A stretch of 64,000 bases of DNA, taken from a virus. The DNA lies in IMG/VR virus record IMGVR_UViG_3300007639_000002, positions 1 to 64,000 of that record; one strand, written 5' to 3'. Positions 28,540 through 40,249 of the stretch are shown one piece after another. A program made the translations under genes and the position numbers. Position 1 is the stretch's first letter; every line of letters starts with the position of its first letter. The notes beneath the pieces were generated by a model. That model ran no database searches and was not told the origin of the DNA. It saw only the letters and a list, made by a program, of their open reading frames with translations.

Positions 28540-30096
28540 CTAGGCGTTTAAAACGATATAAGTATATCCAGATGATCCTGAGTAATTATCTGAATCTGCT
28601 GTCTGTCCAGCAAGCGTATCATAGGAAATTCCAGATGGAGTTGTATCAGTTATAACAATTATACCTCCACCGCCTCCTGCTCCGCCTCGTTTACCAGCAG
28701 AACCGGTTACAGCAGGTGCACCTGCTCCACCAGCGCCACCGACACCACTTGCCCCTCCCGCACCACCTGCACCGCCTGCGTAATGAGTGTGATTTGGAGT
28801 ATGACTTAACGTATGGTGATTTGGGGTATGGTGCCAGCGTGCAGTGTTGTCCGAACCCGTGTTGTGCACGTATGGTTCATATTTTCTATACGACGGGTTT
28901 TGGTGGTGTATGTTTGCGGTTGAGTAAGTGTAATGGTTGTGTGCATATCCAGCACTATCATGATGTGTAGTGTCTATATAAGCAATATGCGGGTAACCAT
29001 GATGAAAGTTTCCAGCGTGCCACTGGTGGCTATTGTGTCCTTGGTGCGATCCATGATAATGCCCTGTATGGTCTCCACTTTTTCCGCTACCACCCGTAGA
29101 ATGGGAATGAAAGTTTCTGCCGACGTGGGCAGTGTTTGTGTGGTTTGGTGTATGAGGTCCGTTGTTATGTGCATGGTAGGTGTGCACTGGGCTGTGGCTC
29201 GTAATTACTGCAATTGATGGTGCCGTTGCGCCCGGAGTTCCAGTTGCACCGTTAGCCCCAGCACCACCGGGGGTTCCCGATGCGCCAGCAGAACCAGCAG
29301 AACCAGCGGCTCCACTTATACCTCTAGAGATAACTTTGCCAGTTCCTGTAATCGTTTTTGCTGCAAGTAAAACTATTCCACCTCCTACACCTCCTGAACC
29401 ACCAGCACCACCGGGTCCAGACGTATGGTTAGTTACAGTTCCCGGTGAACCACTTGCCCCAGCGGTGCCAGAAGCACCAGTTCCACCTTTACCTCCACCC
29501 GCACCTACCGTTGAGGCATTTGGTGGATAACCACCATTTGCTCCAGCAGCACCTGCGCCACCCGGAGAACCCGTTGCTCCTGCTTTACCGGGCCAACTAT
29601 CAGGAGCAGTGTAAGCCGTACCTGTTGCACCAGTAGAACCGCTTGATCCAGCAGATCCACCAGAAATAGTTGTTATGGTTCCATCATTTTGAATTACTTT
29701 TCCACTTATCAAAGAGTTAATATGTTGTCTATAACTCACTGGAAGTTGCGTAGCAGTAGTTGCCGTGCCACCTCCACCAGTGTTACCCACTGAGTAAGTA
29801 AGCGAAGTAGATGTAGAAGTACCGGCAACTGTTCCTGTAGAAACAGAAGATGTTGGTTCAGCGCCTGCCCCGGTGCCATGCCCGATGTAACCGTTTAAAG
29901 TTAATGTTCCCTGCACAAACACACGGAATCCGTTAGTTTTAAGGATAACCCCAGAGTTAATCGTGAGGTTTTTGTAGTTCATGTCTGTTGTCAGAGTGGT
30001 ATCCGCAGAGATAATAACTGTTCCGTCTGCTCCAGTGCCATAAACTGTGTCATTACCAAGACTTGAAACACTTTGTTCGTATCTAGATATAGCCAT
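28540..30096 (-). CDS. Gly-rich fibre protein with His-rich insert
   Basis: YGTGADG domain, GxxG repeats, about 30 His in about 140 aa. Confidence 0.7.
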   Translation of the reverse strand: MAISRYEQSVSSLGNDTVYGTGADGTVIISADTTLTTDMNYKNLTINSGVILKTNGFRVFVQGTLTLNGYIGHGTGAGAEPTSSVSTGTVAGTSTSTSLTYSVGNTGGGGTATTATQLPVSYRQHINSLISGKVIQNDGTITTISGGSAGSSGSTGATGTAYTAPDSWPGKAGATGSPGGAGAAGANGGYPPNASTVGAGGGKGGTGASGTAGASGSPGTVTNHTSGPGGAGGSGGVGGGIVLLAAKTITGTGKVISRGISGAAGSAGSAGASGTPGGAGANGATGTPGATAPSIAVITSHSPVHTYHAHNNGPHTPNHTNTAHVGRNFHSHSTGGSGKSGDHTGHYHGSHQGHNSHQWHAGNFHHGYPHIAYIDTTHHDSAGYAHNHYTYSTANIHHQNPSYRKYEPYVHNTGSDNTARWHHTPNHHTLSHTPNHTHYAGGAGGAGGASGVGGAGGAGAPAVTGSAGKRGGAGGGGGIIVITDTTPSGISYDTLAGQTADSDNYSGSSGYTYIVLNA

Positions 30097-30099
30097 TTT

Positions 30100-30890
30100 T
30101 TACACCTGTTGAATATAAATTGAGGTTCCTGCGTTTGCGCCCGTTACATCAGTAGAGATGGATGCAGGAAGTGCACTAGCAGAGGATACAACAATGATGA
30201 CACCACCGCCGCCGGGAGATGTTGCAGGGGCTTTGATATAACCAGTTCCAGAAGATGGTCCAGAAATGTAACGAGCAGCAACGATTACTACTCCTCCACC
30301 AGCCTGAGTAGTTCCTCCAGCACCCCCACGCAGGGGCGTAGGACCGCCAGAAGCGGTTATTGAATAACCAGTAACTGCTTGCTGTGCAACTCTAAAATAA
30401 CTTGTTCCACCCTGAGCGGCGGTTGGGGCAGTTGCCGTGTACGTGGCTGCTGCGTTTCCACCAAGACTGCATGTAACAGATGTTCCTACGCTTCCCGTAG
30501 TAGAACCGCCTTGGGCAATAGACCCAGCAGTAGAAAACCCAGCAGTAAACCCAATAATTGAGTTGTTGTTTAACTTTAATATATTTTTTACAAAAACACG
30601 GTAACCGTTGGGCGCTATTCGCACGCTTGCGTTAATGGTTAAGTCATTGAAGTAAACATCTCGTGTTAGGGAGTAAACGCTTGATGAGGGAACAATAGTT
30701 GTGGAGTCACCCAATGTAAGAGTGGTGGTTCCGTCTAGTGTCCTATCACCGTCGTAACCGTTTCCATAAACAATGTCTGGGCTTTCGTTGTAGTAGGAAA
30801 CCCAGTAGGAGCCATCCCACTGCCAACTTTTAGAGCCAACAGTGTAAACCTGATACTGGTAAGGAGAAGCAGGAAAAGTAATTGCTGGCA

Positions 30891-30891
<1 letters not shown>
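30100..30891 (-). CDS. Gly-rich fibre protein (paralogous YGxGxDG domain)
   Basis: MPAITFPASP...WQWDG N-terminal module; shares NGxRVFV and GGGGVII motifs with neighbour. Confidence 0.7.
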
Positions 30892-32255
<1,364 letters not shown>

Positions 32256-32288
32256 CTATGTTGTGACCCCTCAAGGTCTATTTAAGTA

Positions 32289-33623
32289 TTAGCCTACTAC
32301 AACGATTGTGTAATCGTTAGCGGAAATAGTACCGTAGAGAACAACGGAGAGAGCATCTGCGTTAGAACGGGTTACATCCCCAATAACGGTTGCACCGGTT
32401 GATACTTCGTAAATCTGTACGTTTACATCAGTAGTATTAAAGTTGTGAGTAACTACGGTAGTAGAAACACCTGTGCTAGAAGCAGCACATCCCTGTTTAG
32501 CAACACGGGCAAGAGCGGGCGTGCTAGTTGTACGACCTGTGGCTTCAGCGGCTGCCGATCCCAAGTTAGTACGAGCAGTTGCTGCCGTTGAAGCACCAGT
32601 ACCACCGCTTGCAACAGCAATATTTGTTGCGCCAGAACCCCAAACACCAGTGGTAATTGTGCCAAGTGTTGTGATTGAGGACTGACCAACATAGTTGGCT
32701 GAAATATCAATAGCATCAGACGTAATTGCTGTTCTGTTAGCGGTTACGTTGACATTGACTTGTGTGCCGGTCTTTGAGAGTCCGTCACCAGCCTCAAACG
32801 AGCCAGCACCAGAGAACTGCGTCCAAGTAATTCCTGTTGAGCCAACAGTTATTGTTCCGTCTGTGGAAATAACAAAACCCGAATCAAAGTTAACGGTTCC
32901 TTCTTCAACAAAAGCAAAAGTTCCTGATTTGAGTTCACCGGTATCGGCTGTTCCGTTAGCGTCAGAAGAACGAGAAGCGGCACCAGAAGCGACAGCAACG
33001 TAGATACCGTTTTCTGATGTAGTAGTTTGGTTTTTGAGAAGTACACGGTCACCAGCGACAAGTGTTACCCCGTCAATTATGTCTCCGGCTTCAAGTCCAG
33101 TTGAAATGGCTACGTTTGCAGTTGATGCCACTCTTACTGATTGTTTTACATCAAGCCCTTGGCGGGCCGAGTCAACATAGCCCTTGGTGGCAATATGTGC
33201 GGAATCTGTTGGGGTAGCGACTTTGGCCCGACCGCTTGCGTCACGAATTACTAGTTTACTAGCAGTAGCATCAGCAGTCGCATCAGCAAGTTTTGTGAAA
33301 TCGGCAGCGCTGAGGAGACCAGCGTTTGTTCCGTCGGCAAGATTTGGTGTGACGGTTATCTGACCATTATCTTCAGTGATTGTTAAAGCAACAGAATGTG
33401 TTCCACCAGAGATAACGCCTGCGGTTACACCATCGTAGCCAGCAACGATTTTTCGCCAACGAGATGCCGTGGAGTCGTAAACCTTGATAACGCCTTCTTC
33501 GCTATCAAAATACATCCGACCATCAAAAAGGTTCGTACTAGGGTTGGTTGCCAAAACCTCAAACTTAGCGTTAACCAGTTGGTTCTGGTTGAGGTCAATG
33601 TTAGTTAGAAATTTCTGAGCCAT
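32289..33623 (-). CDS. Tail fibre/minor virion protein
   Basis: ATKGYVD...KQSVRVAST...GDRVLLKNQ...ENGIY motif; THNFNT C-terminus. Confidence 0.8.
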   Translation of the reverse strand: MAQKFLTNIDLNQNQLVNAKFEVLATNPSTNLFDGRMYFDSEEGVIKVYDSTASRWRKIVAGYDGVTAGVISGGTHSVALTITEDNGQITVTPNLADGTNAGLLSAADFTKLADATADATASKLVIRDASGRAKVATPTDSAHIATKGYVDSARQGLDVKQSVRVASTANVAISTGLEAGDIIDGVTLVAGDRVLLKNQTTTSENGIYVAVASGAASRSSDANGTADTGELKSGTFAFVEEGTVNFDSGFVISTDGTITVGSTGITWTQFSGAGSFEAGDGLSKTGTQVNVNVTANRTAITSDAIDISANYVGQSSITTLGTITTGVWGSGATNIAVASGGTGASTAATARTNLGSAAAEATGRTTSTPALARVAKQGCAASSTGVSTTVVTHNFNTTDVNVQIYEVSTGATVIGDVTRSNADALSVVLYGTISANDYTIVVVG

Positions 33624-33632
33624 TAAGGTTCC

Positions 33633-34058
33633 TTACGTGAGATAGGCAAATCCGGAGAACGCTGATGTAAAGTTTACTACAACTTGTGTAGTACTTATGT
33701 AGTTAATTTCCCCAACAACCACTGTTTTAGCGCTATCTACAATGGTTACCGAAGGGTAGCCCCCTAAGGCGTGGTTAATCGTCCATGCCGTTGAAACAGT
33801 CCCTTGGGTATGGATATGGCGGGTAGAAGTAGGGTAAACAAGATTTAATACTTGGTTTGGAGCAACGCCAGTAATAGTGGCACTTGCGTCAGTTGCAGTT
33901 GTAACTGTTCCAATAGTAAGAACATTTGGAGGTCCGGCAACACCGGGATCGCTTACTTCCAACACCTGTTCCGCTGGTTCAATTACAGTGGATACGTTTT
34001 TTTGTTGAGTGACCGTTACATACCTGTTAGGGGTTCTTGTAACTTCTATAGTGCTCAT
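33633..34058 (-). CDS. Minor virion protein
   Basis: WTINHALGGYPSVT module. Confidence 0.65.
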   Translation of the reverse strand: MSTIEVTRTPNRYVTVTQQKNVSTVIEPAEQVLEVSDPGVAGPPNVLTIGTVTTATDASATITGVAPNQVLNLVYPTSTRHIHTQGTVSTAWTINHALGGYPSVTIVDSAKTVVVGEINYISTTQVVVNFTSAFSGFAYLT

Positions 34059-34765
34059 GTGGGCGGTGCTGAAACCGCTGCCTCAACTACAAGGGTTCCT
34101 GATGATAGGCAGTCCCAGTCACCTGCTGAGTCTTGTACAAAGAGGTCAAAGGAGTAAGAACCTGCGGCTACGTTGTTTGTGTTAGAAACGTGCAATTCTA
34201 GGGTGGCACCAGTTGCCGGAGCCAAATAACCACGCTTGTTGGCGGGTGTTAGGGCAATTACAGTGGCTTCAGATGGCGTGGCGGAATACCATCGCAAGTC
34301 TAGAACGGTAGTACCCGTGGATGTCTTAGCCTGCATAAAGGCACTTTGGACAGAGATAACAACCCCATCTGCGTCTTTCCAAGTGAAGGTACGGCGGTAA
34401 TCCGTGTATTGCTTGAATCGGATTTCCATAGCCTGTGCGTCCTCCAGTGGGGTGATGTTATCTAATGCAGTTACAGTAATTGTACCCTGAGTGATAGGGC
34501 GCTGAATCCCATTAACAGTAGCCAACACGTCGTACTGTAGGTCGCCCAAAGGCAAGTCTTGCGTTTCCTCAGCAGTCAACGACAAAAGAACACCGTTTTC
34601 AGTAGTAATGCTTGTAGTTATTTCAAATTTTGAGGTAGTTCCTGTTTTAATGTAAGAACGGGAATCTGTTGGCTTTAGCAATTTGTGGTTGTACTTATTT
34701 TTGATGATTACTAACCGACTCCACGGCAAGCCACGGGTAAGTGCGTAATTGATAGTACGAGTCAT
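34055..34765 (-). CDS. Structural protein with two BppU-like repeats
   Basis: LSLTAEET...YDV and YSFDL...SGTL repeats. Confidence 0.55.
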   Translation of the reverse strand: MTRTINYALTRGLPWSRLVIIKNKYNHKLLKPTDSRSYIKTGTTSKFEITTSITTENGVLLSLTAEETQDLPLGDLQYDVLATVNGIQRPITQGTITVTALDNITPLEDAQAMEIRFKQYTDYRRTFTWKDADGVVISVQSAFMQAKTSTGTTVLDLRWYSATPSEATVIALTPANKRGYLAPATGATLELHVSNTNNVAAGSYSFDLFVQDSAGDWDCLSSGTLVVEAAVSAPPT

Positions 34766-34785
34766 GTATCTATTCTACTTCAGAG

Positions 34786-34953
34786 TTAGCCGTCTTTTTT
34801 TACGAGCACTCCACCAATGTGGACAATAAGAGCAGAAACACTGATAGCGAGGGCATAAGACTGTACTTGACCAGATAAAGTGATTAAAACTAGACCTGTA
34901 CCAGCCAAAGTCCACGCTAAAGAATGTAGTTCTTTAATTAGTTTTTTAAACAT
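34786..34953 (-). CDS. Two-TM small membrane protein (55 aa)
   Basis: Hand-translated MFKKLIKELHSLAWTLAGTGLVLITLSG...; TAATG coupling. Confidence 0.55.
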   Translation of the reverse strand: MFKKLIKELHSLAWTLAGTGLVLITLSGQVQSYALAISVSALIVHIGGVLVKKDG

Positions 34954-36296
34954 TAATTCCTCATACCAAAACGGCGTTTACGAGACTCGGATGAACCGCT
35001 GGTATCACTTCCTCCCCCACCGCCACTTCCACCAGACGGGCTAGGAGCCGGTGCTGGGGGACTGGAAGAAGGTAAGGAAACAGTTGGTGCTACAAATAAT
35101 ACACCCGTTGCGGCTATCAGCGTTTTACGGGTTCTTACGTTGACTTTAGAGTCAACAGGAACGTATGTACCAAACTTCTCACCAAATACGTTAATCTCTG
35201 ATTCAAAGGCGTTACGGACCGATTCAGGGGCATCCTGTACCGCTGTGATGAGTTGGTCGGCTTGCGCTGTAGACAATTCACCCGTGTCAATGGCATCAAA
35301 GATTTCAGTTGCTTGACTCGTAGTTAGAACTGCAAGTACCTCGGAATTAGTAGCAAGAGCCACAGCCTCTTTATCATTCACTCCGCTAGAGATAATGTCC
35401 TCAACAGCAGATTGAATTTCATCTTGACTCTTGTCCATTAACGTAGTTATCAGGGCTGCTACGGCAGGATCTACTTGTTCAGGGGTTGGTGCAATTGTTG
35501 TAGTTGGAGTTGCTATAGTAGTGGGAGTTTCAACAACGCTGGAGGTAGTAGATGCGACACTTGTGGAAGGCTCTGGGAGCGTTGTTCTTGGTATTGTGCT
35601 GGTGGTTGTGGCGACAACAGTCGTTGTTGTGGCAACGGTTGTCAAAGGAACATAGGCTTGAGTAGTAGTTGTAGGGGGGACAGTTGACGACGTTGTTGTG
35701 GTCGTTGGTAATTCCGTTGTTGTTGTTTGCAACATGGTGGTTGGGACCACGAGAATAGTTGTTGTAGTTGGTTCCTGAGTTGTAGTCGTAGGTGGCACTG
35801 TTGTTGTAGTGGTCGTAGTTGTAGAAGTAGTTGTGGTTGTACTAGTTGTAGTTGTGGTCGTAACTTCTGGCTGAGTAGTGCTCGTAGTCGTCGTTGGCAC
35901 GTTTGTTGGGGCAGAGTCGGATTCCACCATGTAGAACTGGTTGTACCACCTATTAGGGTCGCCACAGCAAACACTTGTGCGTAGACGATAAATACCTGAT
36001 TCCTGAACATTATATGAAATGTACGAATCTAGACCAAACCAGTCGTCATTTACGGCTACAACGGTGTCGGCGCTGTTGTAAAGCCATAACTGACTGTCAA
36101 TGCCATATTGCTGGGCGTAAGTCCTTAGGGTAAAGGTTGTGCCGGACTCTAACTCAAAGTAGTAGTCATTGGCACCTTCAGTACGAAATGACTCTGCTTT
36201 GGCTGGAGATACGGGGTAAATAGCAATAATGCTAAGTAATACGGGAAGTAATGATATGGGGCGACTAATTATCCTACGAAAATTAAATCGTAACAA
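34953..36296 (-). CDS. Exported mucin-like Thr-rich surface protein
   Basis: Signal peptide ending AKA-E, PPC-like domain (DSQLWLY...NDD), long T/P/S stalk, C-terminal hydrophobic segment. Confidence 0.75.
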   Translation of the reverse strand: MLRFNFRRIISRPISLLPVLLSIIAIYPVSPAKAESFRTEGANDYYFELESGTTFTLRTYAQQYGIDSQLWLYNSADTVVAVNDDWFGLDSYISYNVQESGIYRLRTSVCCGDPNRWYNQFYMVESDSAPTNVPTTTTSTTQPEVTTTTTTSTTTTTSTTTTTTTTVPPTTTTQEPTTTTILVVPTTMLQTTTTELPTTTTTSSTVPPTTTTQAYVPLTTVATTTTVVATTTSTIPRTTLPEPSTSVASTTSSVVETPTTIATPTTTIAPTPEQVDPAVAALITTLMDKSQDEIQSAVEDIISSGVNDKEAVALATNSEVLAVLTTSQATEIFDAIDTGELSTAQADQLITAVQDAPESVRNAFESEINVFGEKFGTYVPVDSKVNVRTRKTLIAATGVLFVAPTVSLPSSSPPAPAPSPSGGSGGGGGSDTSGSSESRKRRFGMRN

Positions 36297-36419
36297 TCAT
36301 TCTCCTCTAGAGTATTTAAGGTTATTTAATTCTACCACTAGACACGAAGAGGGACCGCTCGCAAGCAGCCCCCCTCGGTGGGTTAGACCTCACTAATAAT
36401 TATACACGATTAGGTATAA

Positions 36420-36560
36420 TTAGTACACGCCCTCACAGCAGGCATCTCTTTGCCCGCATTGGTTACAACGATAATGGGCATGTTCCTGCCTCATGTCCCC
36501 ACCACACCATACACACTGCTCTGACGTGTCATCAGAGCAAACTACTTTGGGAATTTCCAT
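36420..36560 (-). CDS. Small Cys-rich zinc-ribbon protein (46 aa)
   Basis: Hand-translated CVWC...HAHYRCNQC...CCEG. Confidence 0.55.
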   Translation of the reverse strand: MEIPKVVCSDDTSEQCVWCGGDMRQEHAHYRCNQCGQRDACCEGVY

Positions 36561-36829
36561 TCAGGGTTAATAGATTGACGGATATTGCGCTGAATATCAC
36601 CTTGAATGTTTTTAATGGCACGGGAGTCGCTGGGGGTCTTAGACAAATGCACTAAACCATCTCCAACTATTTTAAGTTTAATGTGTTCACTACCAGCAGA
36701 CGCAACAAACTTAACGTCATTATCTACAAGTTTGCCAAGAGTTTCACGAACGCCTTTGTGTGACGTTAGGCTCTTAATATGAGCGTGATTCATGTGCTGG
36801 TCTGAGTTTAGAGCGTCAGAAGCAGACAT
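36542..36829 (-). CDS. HicA-like protein
   Basis: GSEHIKL...SKTPSDSRAIKN motif resembling phage HicA-like proteins. Confidence 0.5.
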   Translation of the reverse strand: MSASDALNSDQHMNHAHIKSLTSHKGVRETLGKLVDNDVKFVASAGSEHIKLKIVGDGLVHLSKTPSDSRAIKNIQGDIQRNIRQSINPEWKFPK

Positions 36830-36976
36830 TACTTACTCACGTCTAAGGTAATGAGCCATTCCGTTTCAGCAAGCCGTTGAACGCCCAAAGTAATAAAGTT
36901 TGTAAAGCCGTGCGACTTAGCCGTGTTTTTGGCAATGTCAATAGCAGAAGACTGGGAAACTACGTTAACTGGGTAT

Positions 36977-37219
36977 TTAACAATCATAGATATCCTTACG
37001 GCATTCCCATGTTTTTAGAGAGTCACGAGTGTTTTCTTCTGATGTAGTGTCATCCAGCAAACAAGGGCTGTCAAACAAAAAGGATAAGTCATAGGAGTGT
37101 GGAGACTTCTCCATAGCATTCATTGTCTGGTTAGCAACTGCCGACAAAAGTAAGTTTAAAATAAACTTAGTTGCGTCTATTGCCTTGATTAAAGCAATAA
37201 AACGAATACGTTTTATCAT
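36977..37219 (-). CDS. Hypothetical protein
   Basis: 80-aa ORF, weak support. Confidence 0.4.
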   Translation of the reverse strand: MIKRIRFIALIKAIDATKFILNLLLSAVANQTMNAMEKSPHSYDLSFLFDSPCLLDDTTSEENTRDSLKTWECRKDIYDC

Positions 37220-37231
37220 TTTAAATAGTCT

Positions 37232-38050
37232 TTACATATCCCAAGGAAGAGGGTACTTTTCAAAGTCCATGTCACCTGCTGGGTGATGGTGCTCTAAAAG
37301 ATCCTGAGGCTGGAAGAAGGATTCTCCTCCGGCTTTATCTTGAGCAAGCAACGCTTTCCATTCAGGATGTTTTGGGTCAGCAACTTTGTACTCACGCACC
37401 ATTTGGCCTTTACGAGATTGTTTTCCATCTATCATAGGATATACACGGGTGTCTGTAGGAATACTAGGAATTGGTGGTTGGCCCGATGTCCAAGAAGAGC
37501 CTGTACCGGTTTGGTAACGAGTATCGGCACCCATTAGTTCCATACCTTTAGCACGGATGGCTTGGCAACGAGGGTGTTCACAACGACCAGCAGTACGTAA
37601 CATAAATACACCAGTTTGGTATCCGGGGTTTTGTTTGTGAGTTTCGTAGTACCTAGATGGGGCACCACCAAATGCTCCTGCACCTGAACCAGCCATAGAA
37701 GGACGTAAAGACGCAGGGTCATCACCACTGGAGCCTTCGTCAAGTGACGGGTTCTTAACGTAGTCACCAGAACTTCCTGCTGCTTCTTCTGAAACTCTAG
37801 CGGCATCTATTTTATTAACAGAACCACCCAAGTTTACTGAGGTGCTCAGTCCAGCGCCACCACGTTGTGCAGAACGTGTACGTGCGTAAGCAGGATCAAC
37901 CCGTTCATTCATCCTACGAAGACCTTCTACTTGGTCAGCGGTAAAAGAACCATATGATTCTGCTTCAGGAGCGCCGGACTCAATACCGGCAAGTTCTGCG
38001 TCAGAAGGTCCACTTAGACCAGAAAACTGTGATGAGGAAAGATCAGGCAT
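37232..38050 (-). CDS. Hypothetical protein, leaderless-type start
   Basis: TAGAAT-N6-ATG; N-terminus MPDLSSSQF. Confidence 0.65.
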   Translation of the reverse strand: MPDLSSSQFSGLSGPSDAELAGIESGAPEAESYGSFTADQVEGLRRMNERVDPAYARTRSAQRGGAGLSTSVNLGGSVNKIDAARVSEEAAGSSGDYVKNPSLDEGSSGDDPASLRPSMAGSGAGAFGGAPSRYYETHKQNPGYQTGVFMLRTAGRCEHPRCQAIRAKGMELMGADTRYQTGTGSSWTSGQPPIPSIPTDTRVYPMIDGKQSRKGQMVREYKVADPKHPEWKALLAQDKAGGESFFQPQDLLEHHHPAGDMDFEKYPLPWDM

Positions 38051-38070
38051 GTATGTATTCTACCTTATAT

Positions 38071-38325
38071 TTAGAAGTTAGGATTACCAAGATTGTCAAA
38101 TAGTGTTGTAGGCATTTGGTCTTCTTTGCCGTGTGCTTCATGGAACTCTTGCGACCTATTGCCGTATTTGTTGGGTTCGGCACGCCCGTGCAGAATGTCC
38201 ATTTTGCGTTGCAAAGAGTCTGCATCTTGTTGTTTTCTTTTAGCACGCCACTCAGCCATTCTACGGTTTTTGTTTGGCGTAAAATCCCCTGAATAGCGGT
38301 CATAATCTTCGCCGGACATCCCCAT
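38071..38325 (-). CDS. Hypothetical protein
   Basis: TAATG-coupled ORF. Confidence 0.55.
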   Translation of the reverse strand: MGMSGEDYDRYSGDFTPNKNRRMAEWRAKRKQQDADSLQRKMDILHGRAEPNKYGNRSQEFHEAHGKEDQMPTTLFDNLGNPNF

Positions 38326-38483
38326 TAGTGGTCGTCCTCAGAGTAGTGGTACATCTGCTGGTATTCACGATCATTGTGATTAAACTTGCGAAGTCGCCCA
38401 CGCTTGTCGTAATATAGGATGTTACCCTCGTCATCAGCATAGGAATCGTCGTCTGGTTGGCTCCAGTTTTGGGAGGAAGGCAT
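38325..38483 (-). CDS. Hypothetical protein (52 aa), leaderless-type start
   Basis: TATACT-N6-ATG; hand-translated MPSSQNWSQPDDDSY... Confidence 0.5.
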   Translation of the reverse strand: MPSSQNWSQPDDDSYADDEGNILYYDKRGRLRKFNHNDREYQQMYHYSEDDH

Positions 38484-38497
38484 ATCTACAGTATAAA

Positions 38498-39085
38498 CTA
38501 ACTCTTAGGTATATTATTGAAGCGGTAGGCTAACTGCCAGTAGAACTTACCCACGACGGGCCAAGTAACATTCGTACTTCCTTCAAACCATGATGTACCA
38601 CTTGCGTCATTGGGAATTACATCAAATACGTTGGTAACATCGTTAAAATTCAAGGAATTCAACAACTTCTCAACCCTTGTCTCGTGGCAGTTCCAGTGAT
38701 GATGAGCGCCGTCCCACCATTCCAAGCCGGGAACGTGGGTATCAGGAACATCTAAATGCTCCATAACTGACTCTACTAACCACCAAGGCTGAGTGCCATC
38801 TTTCCATAATTTAATAGTTTTATGAACGTCTGGACCAACAACAAGCATCGGTGCATTGGGTTTAGCAATGCGTTGCATATCTTTAAGAAATGTGGATACT
38901 TCTAACCATGGAATGTGCTCCAATACGTGACCCATATACACGGCATCAAACGTATTGTCTTCAAAAGGGTATGGTTCACCGGGAGTTACTTTGACATCTG
39001 GTTTGGTGTCTTCTGTTTCCCACGTATCCGAATTTACCCAACCCTGTGCATAATGGGTTCCACAACCTACATTTAATAGTTTCAT
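38498..39085 (-). CDS. Class I SAM-dependent methyltransferase (type 11-like)
   Basis: LNVGCG, PFEDNTFD and HVLEHI motifs. Confidence 0.88.
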   Translation of the reverse strand: MKLLNVGCGTHYAQGWVNSDTWETEDTKPDVKVTPGEPYPFEDNTFDAVYMGHVLEHIPWLEVSTFLKDMQRIAKPNAPMLVVGPDVHKTIKLWKDGTQPWWLVESVMEHLDVPDTHVPGLEWWDGAHHHWNCHETRVEKLLNSLNFNDVTNVFDVIPNDASGTSWFEGSTNVTWPVVGKFYWQLAYRFNNIPKS

Positions 39086-39867
39086 TTGAGGGAACTACTT
39101 TCATCATCTACTGGAAAACAATAACCGTCACCGTGTGTGTATGCTTCAGGCATATCTTGTCGGTGGTTAATACCCGAATAATGGGCAATTAAAGATTTAC
39201 GTTCCATATCGGGAATGTTTGGTAAAGAACCACGGTGCAATAGTCGCCCATGCCATAAAAGCACATCTCCACGCTTTGGTAGGTGAGAAGTTATTTCTGC
39301 GTTTCTAGATTCAATCTCTTCAGTGAACAAAGGGGTAAGTAGGCGCTCTGAGTGTGTAGGCCACCTGTGGTCACGCTCTGAAGGGTCAAGAGCCTCAAGT
39401 ATCTTTTCACGAGTAACTAAAGGCCACTTATGGGACCCTTTAACGTATTGAAAAGGTCCTGAATCAGGATGAATAGTGTCTAAGGCAATCCAAGCAGCAA
39501 CATAATAGTCACCAACGTGTGGAGGGTTTAAATAGGAATCTTGGTGCCAATTACGGGTGGTTGACTTCCAACCCGTTAAGTTAAGGTGCACACCTGCCGG
39601 TTCCCCAATTAACTTCTGCATTTCCTCTTGTAATGGTCCATAACAAAGGATGTCACGTATTTCTTCATGCTGGCGATAAGGGGTGCAGTAATCCCATCCA
39701 CCTAATCTTGGGTTTACACCCTCTGGTCCATTTTGACGCAACCAGCATTCTTCGTAGGCAACCATTAACTCTTCAGGAATAAAGTTCTCTAGAACTACTA
39801 CTCCGTCTTCATTCCAGTCAATGGCACCATTTGGGCTGTACGGGATTGTTATATCGTCTAGTTTCAC
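39082..39867 (-). CDS. PhyH-family Fe(II)/2OG dioxygenase
   Basis: WHQD, AWIALD, GSHKW and GDVLLWHGRLLHRG motifs. Confidence 0.9.
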   Translation of the reverse strand: MKLDDITIPYSPNGAIDWNEDGVVVLENFIPEELMVAYEECWLRQNGPEGVNPRLGGWDYCTPYRQHEEIRDILCYGPLQEEMQKLIGEPAGVHLNLTGWKSTTRNWHQDSYLNPPHVGDYYVAAWIALDTIHPDSGPFQYVKGSHKWPLVTREKILEALDPSERDHRWPTHSERLLTPLFTEEIESRNAEITSHLPKRGDVLLWHGRLLHRGSLPNIPDMERKSLIAHYSGINHRQDMPEAYTHGDGYCFPVDDESSSLK

Positions 39868-39882
39868 AATTTAAATCCTAGT

Positions 39883-40107
39883 CTATTTTTTGTCTACCTT
39901 GTTAAACACATCATTAACTTCGTCGGCATCAAGTTTGCCGTCGTCCATGAAGGCTCTTGCAAGACCTTCAACTACAAATGCTACACCACCAATACCCGCC
40001 ATAAAACAGGCTTTAAGTGGGGAAACGCCTGCTAAGGCTCCGGCACCAATTACACCAAGGCCAGAAGCGGCAAATGCAGCCATAATTCTAAATAAAATGT
40101 TCTTCAT
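39883..40107 (-). CDS. Two-TM holin-like membrane protein
   Basis: Two TM helices plus DDGKLDADE tail. Confidence 0.55.
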   Translation of the reverse strand: MKNILFRIMAAFAASGLGVIGAGALAGVSPLKACFMAGIGGVAFVVEGLARAFMDDGKLDADEVNDVFNKVDKK

Positions 40108-40249
40108 TACATGCTTTCTCTATAAGGATATAAACATGTTATTCATCGTCTTTAGAAGTGGTTTCACGGATAAACGCCAAGGCTTGGCTAACTATTAAAC
40201 ATGAGACCACGAATATAGCAACAACTGTAAAACGCATTAACCTATTGTA

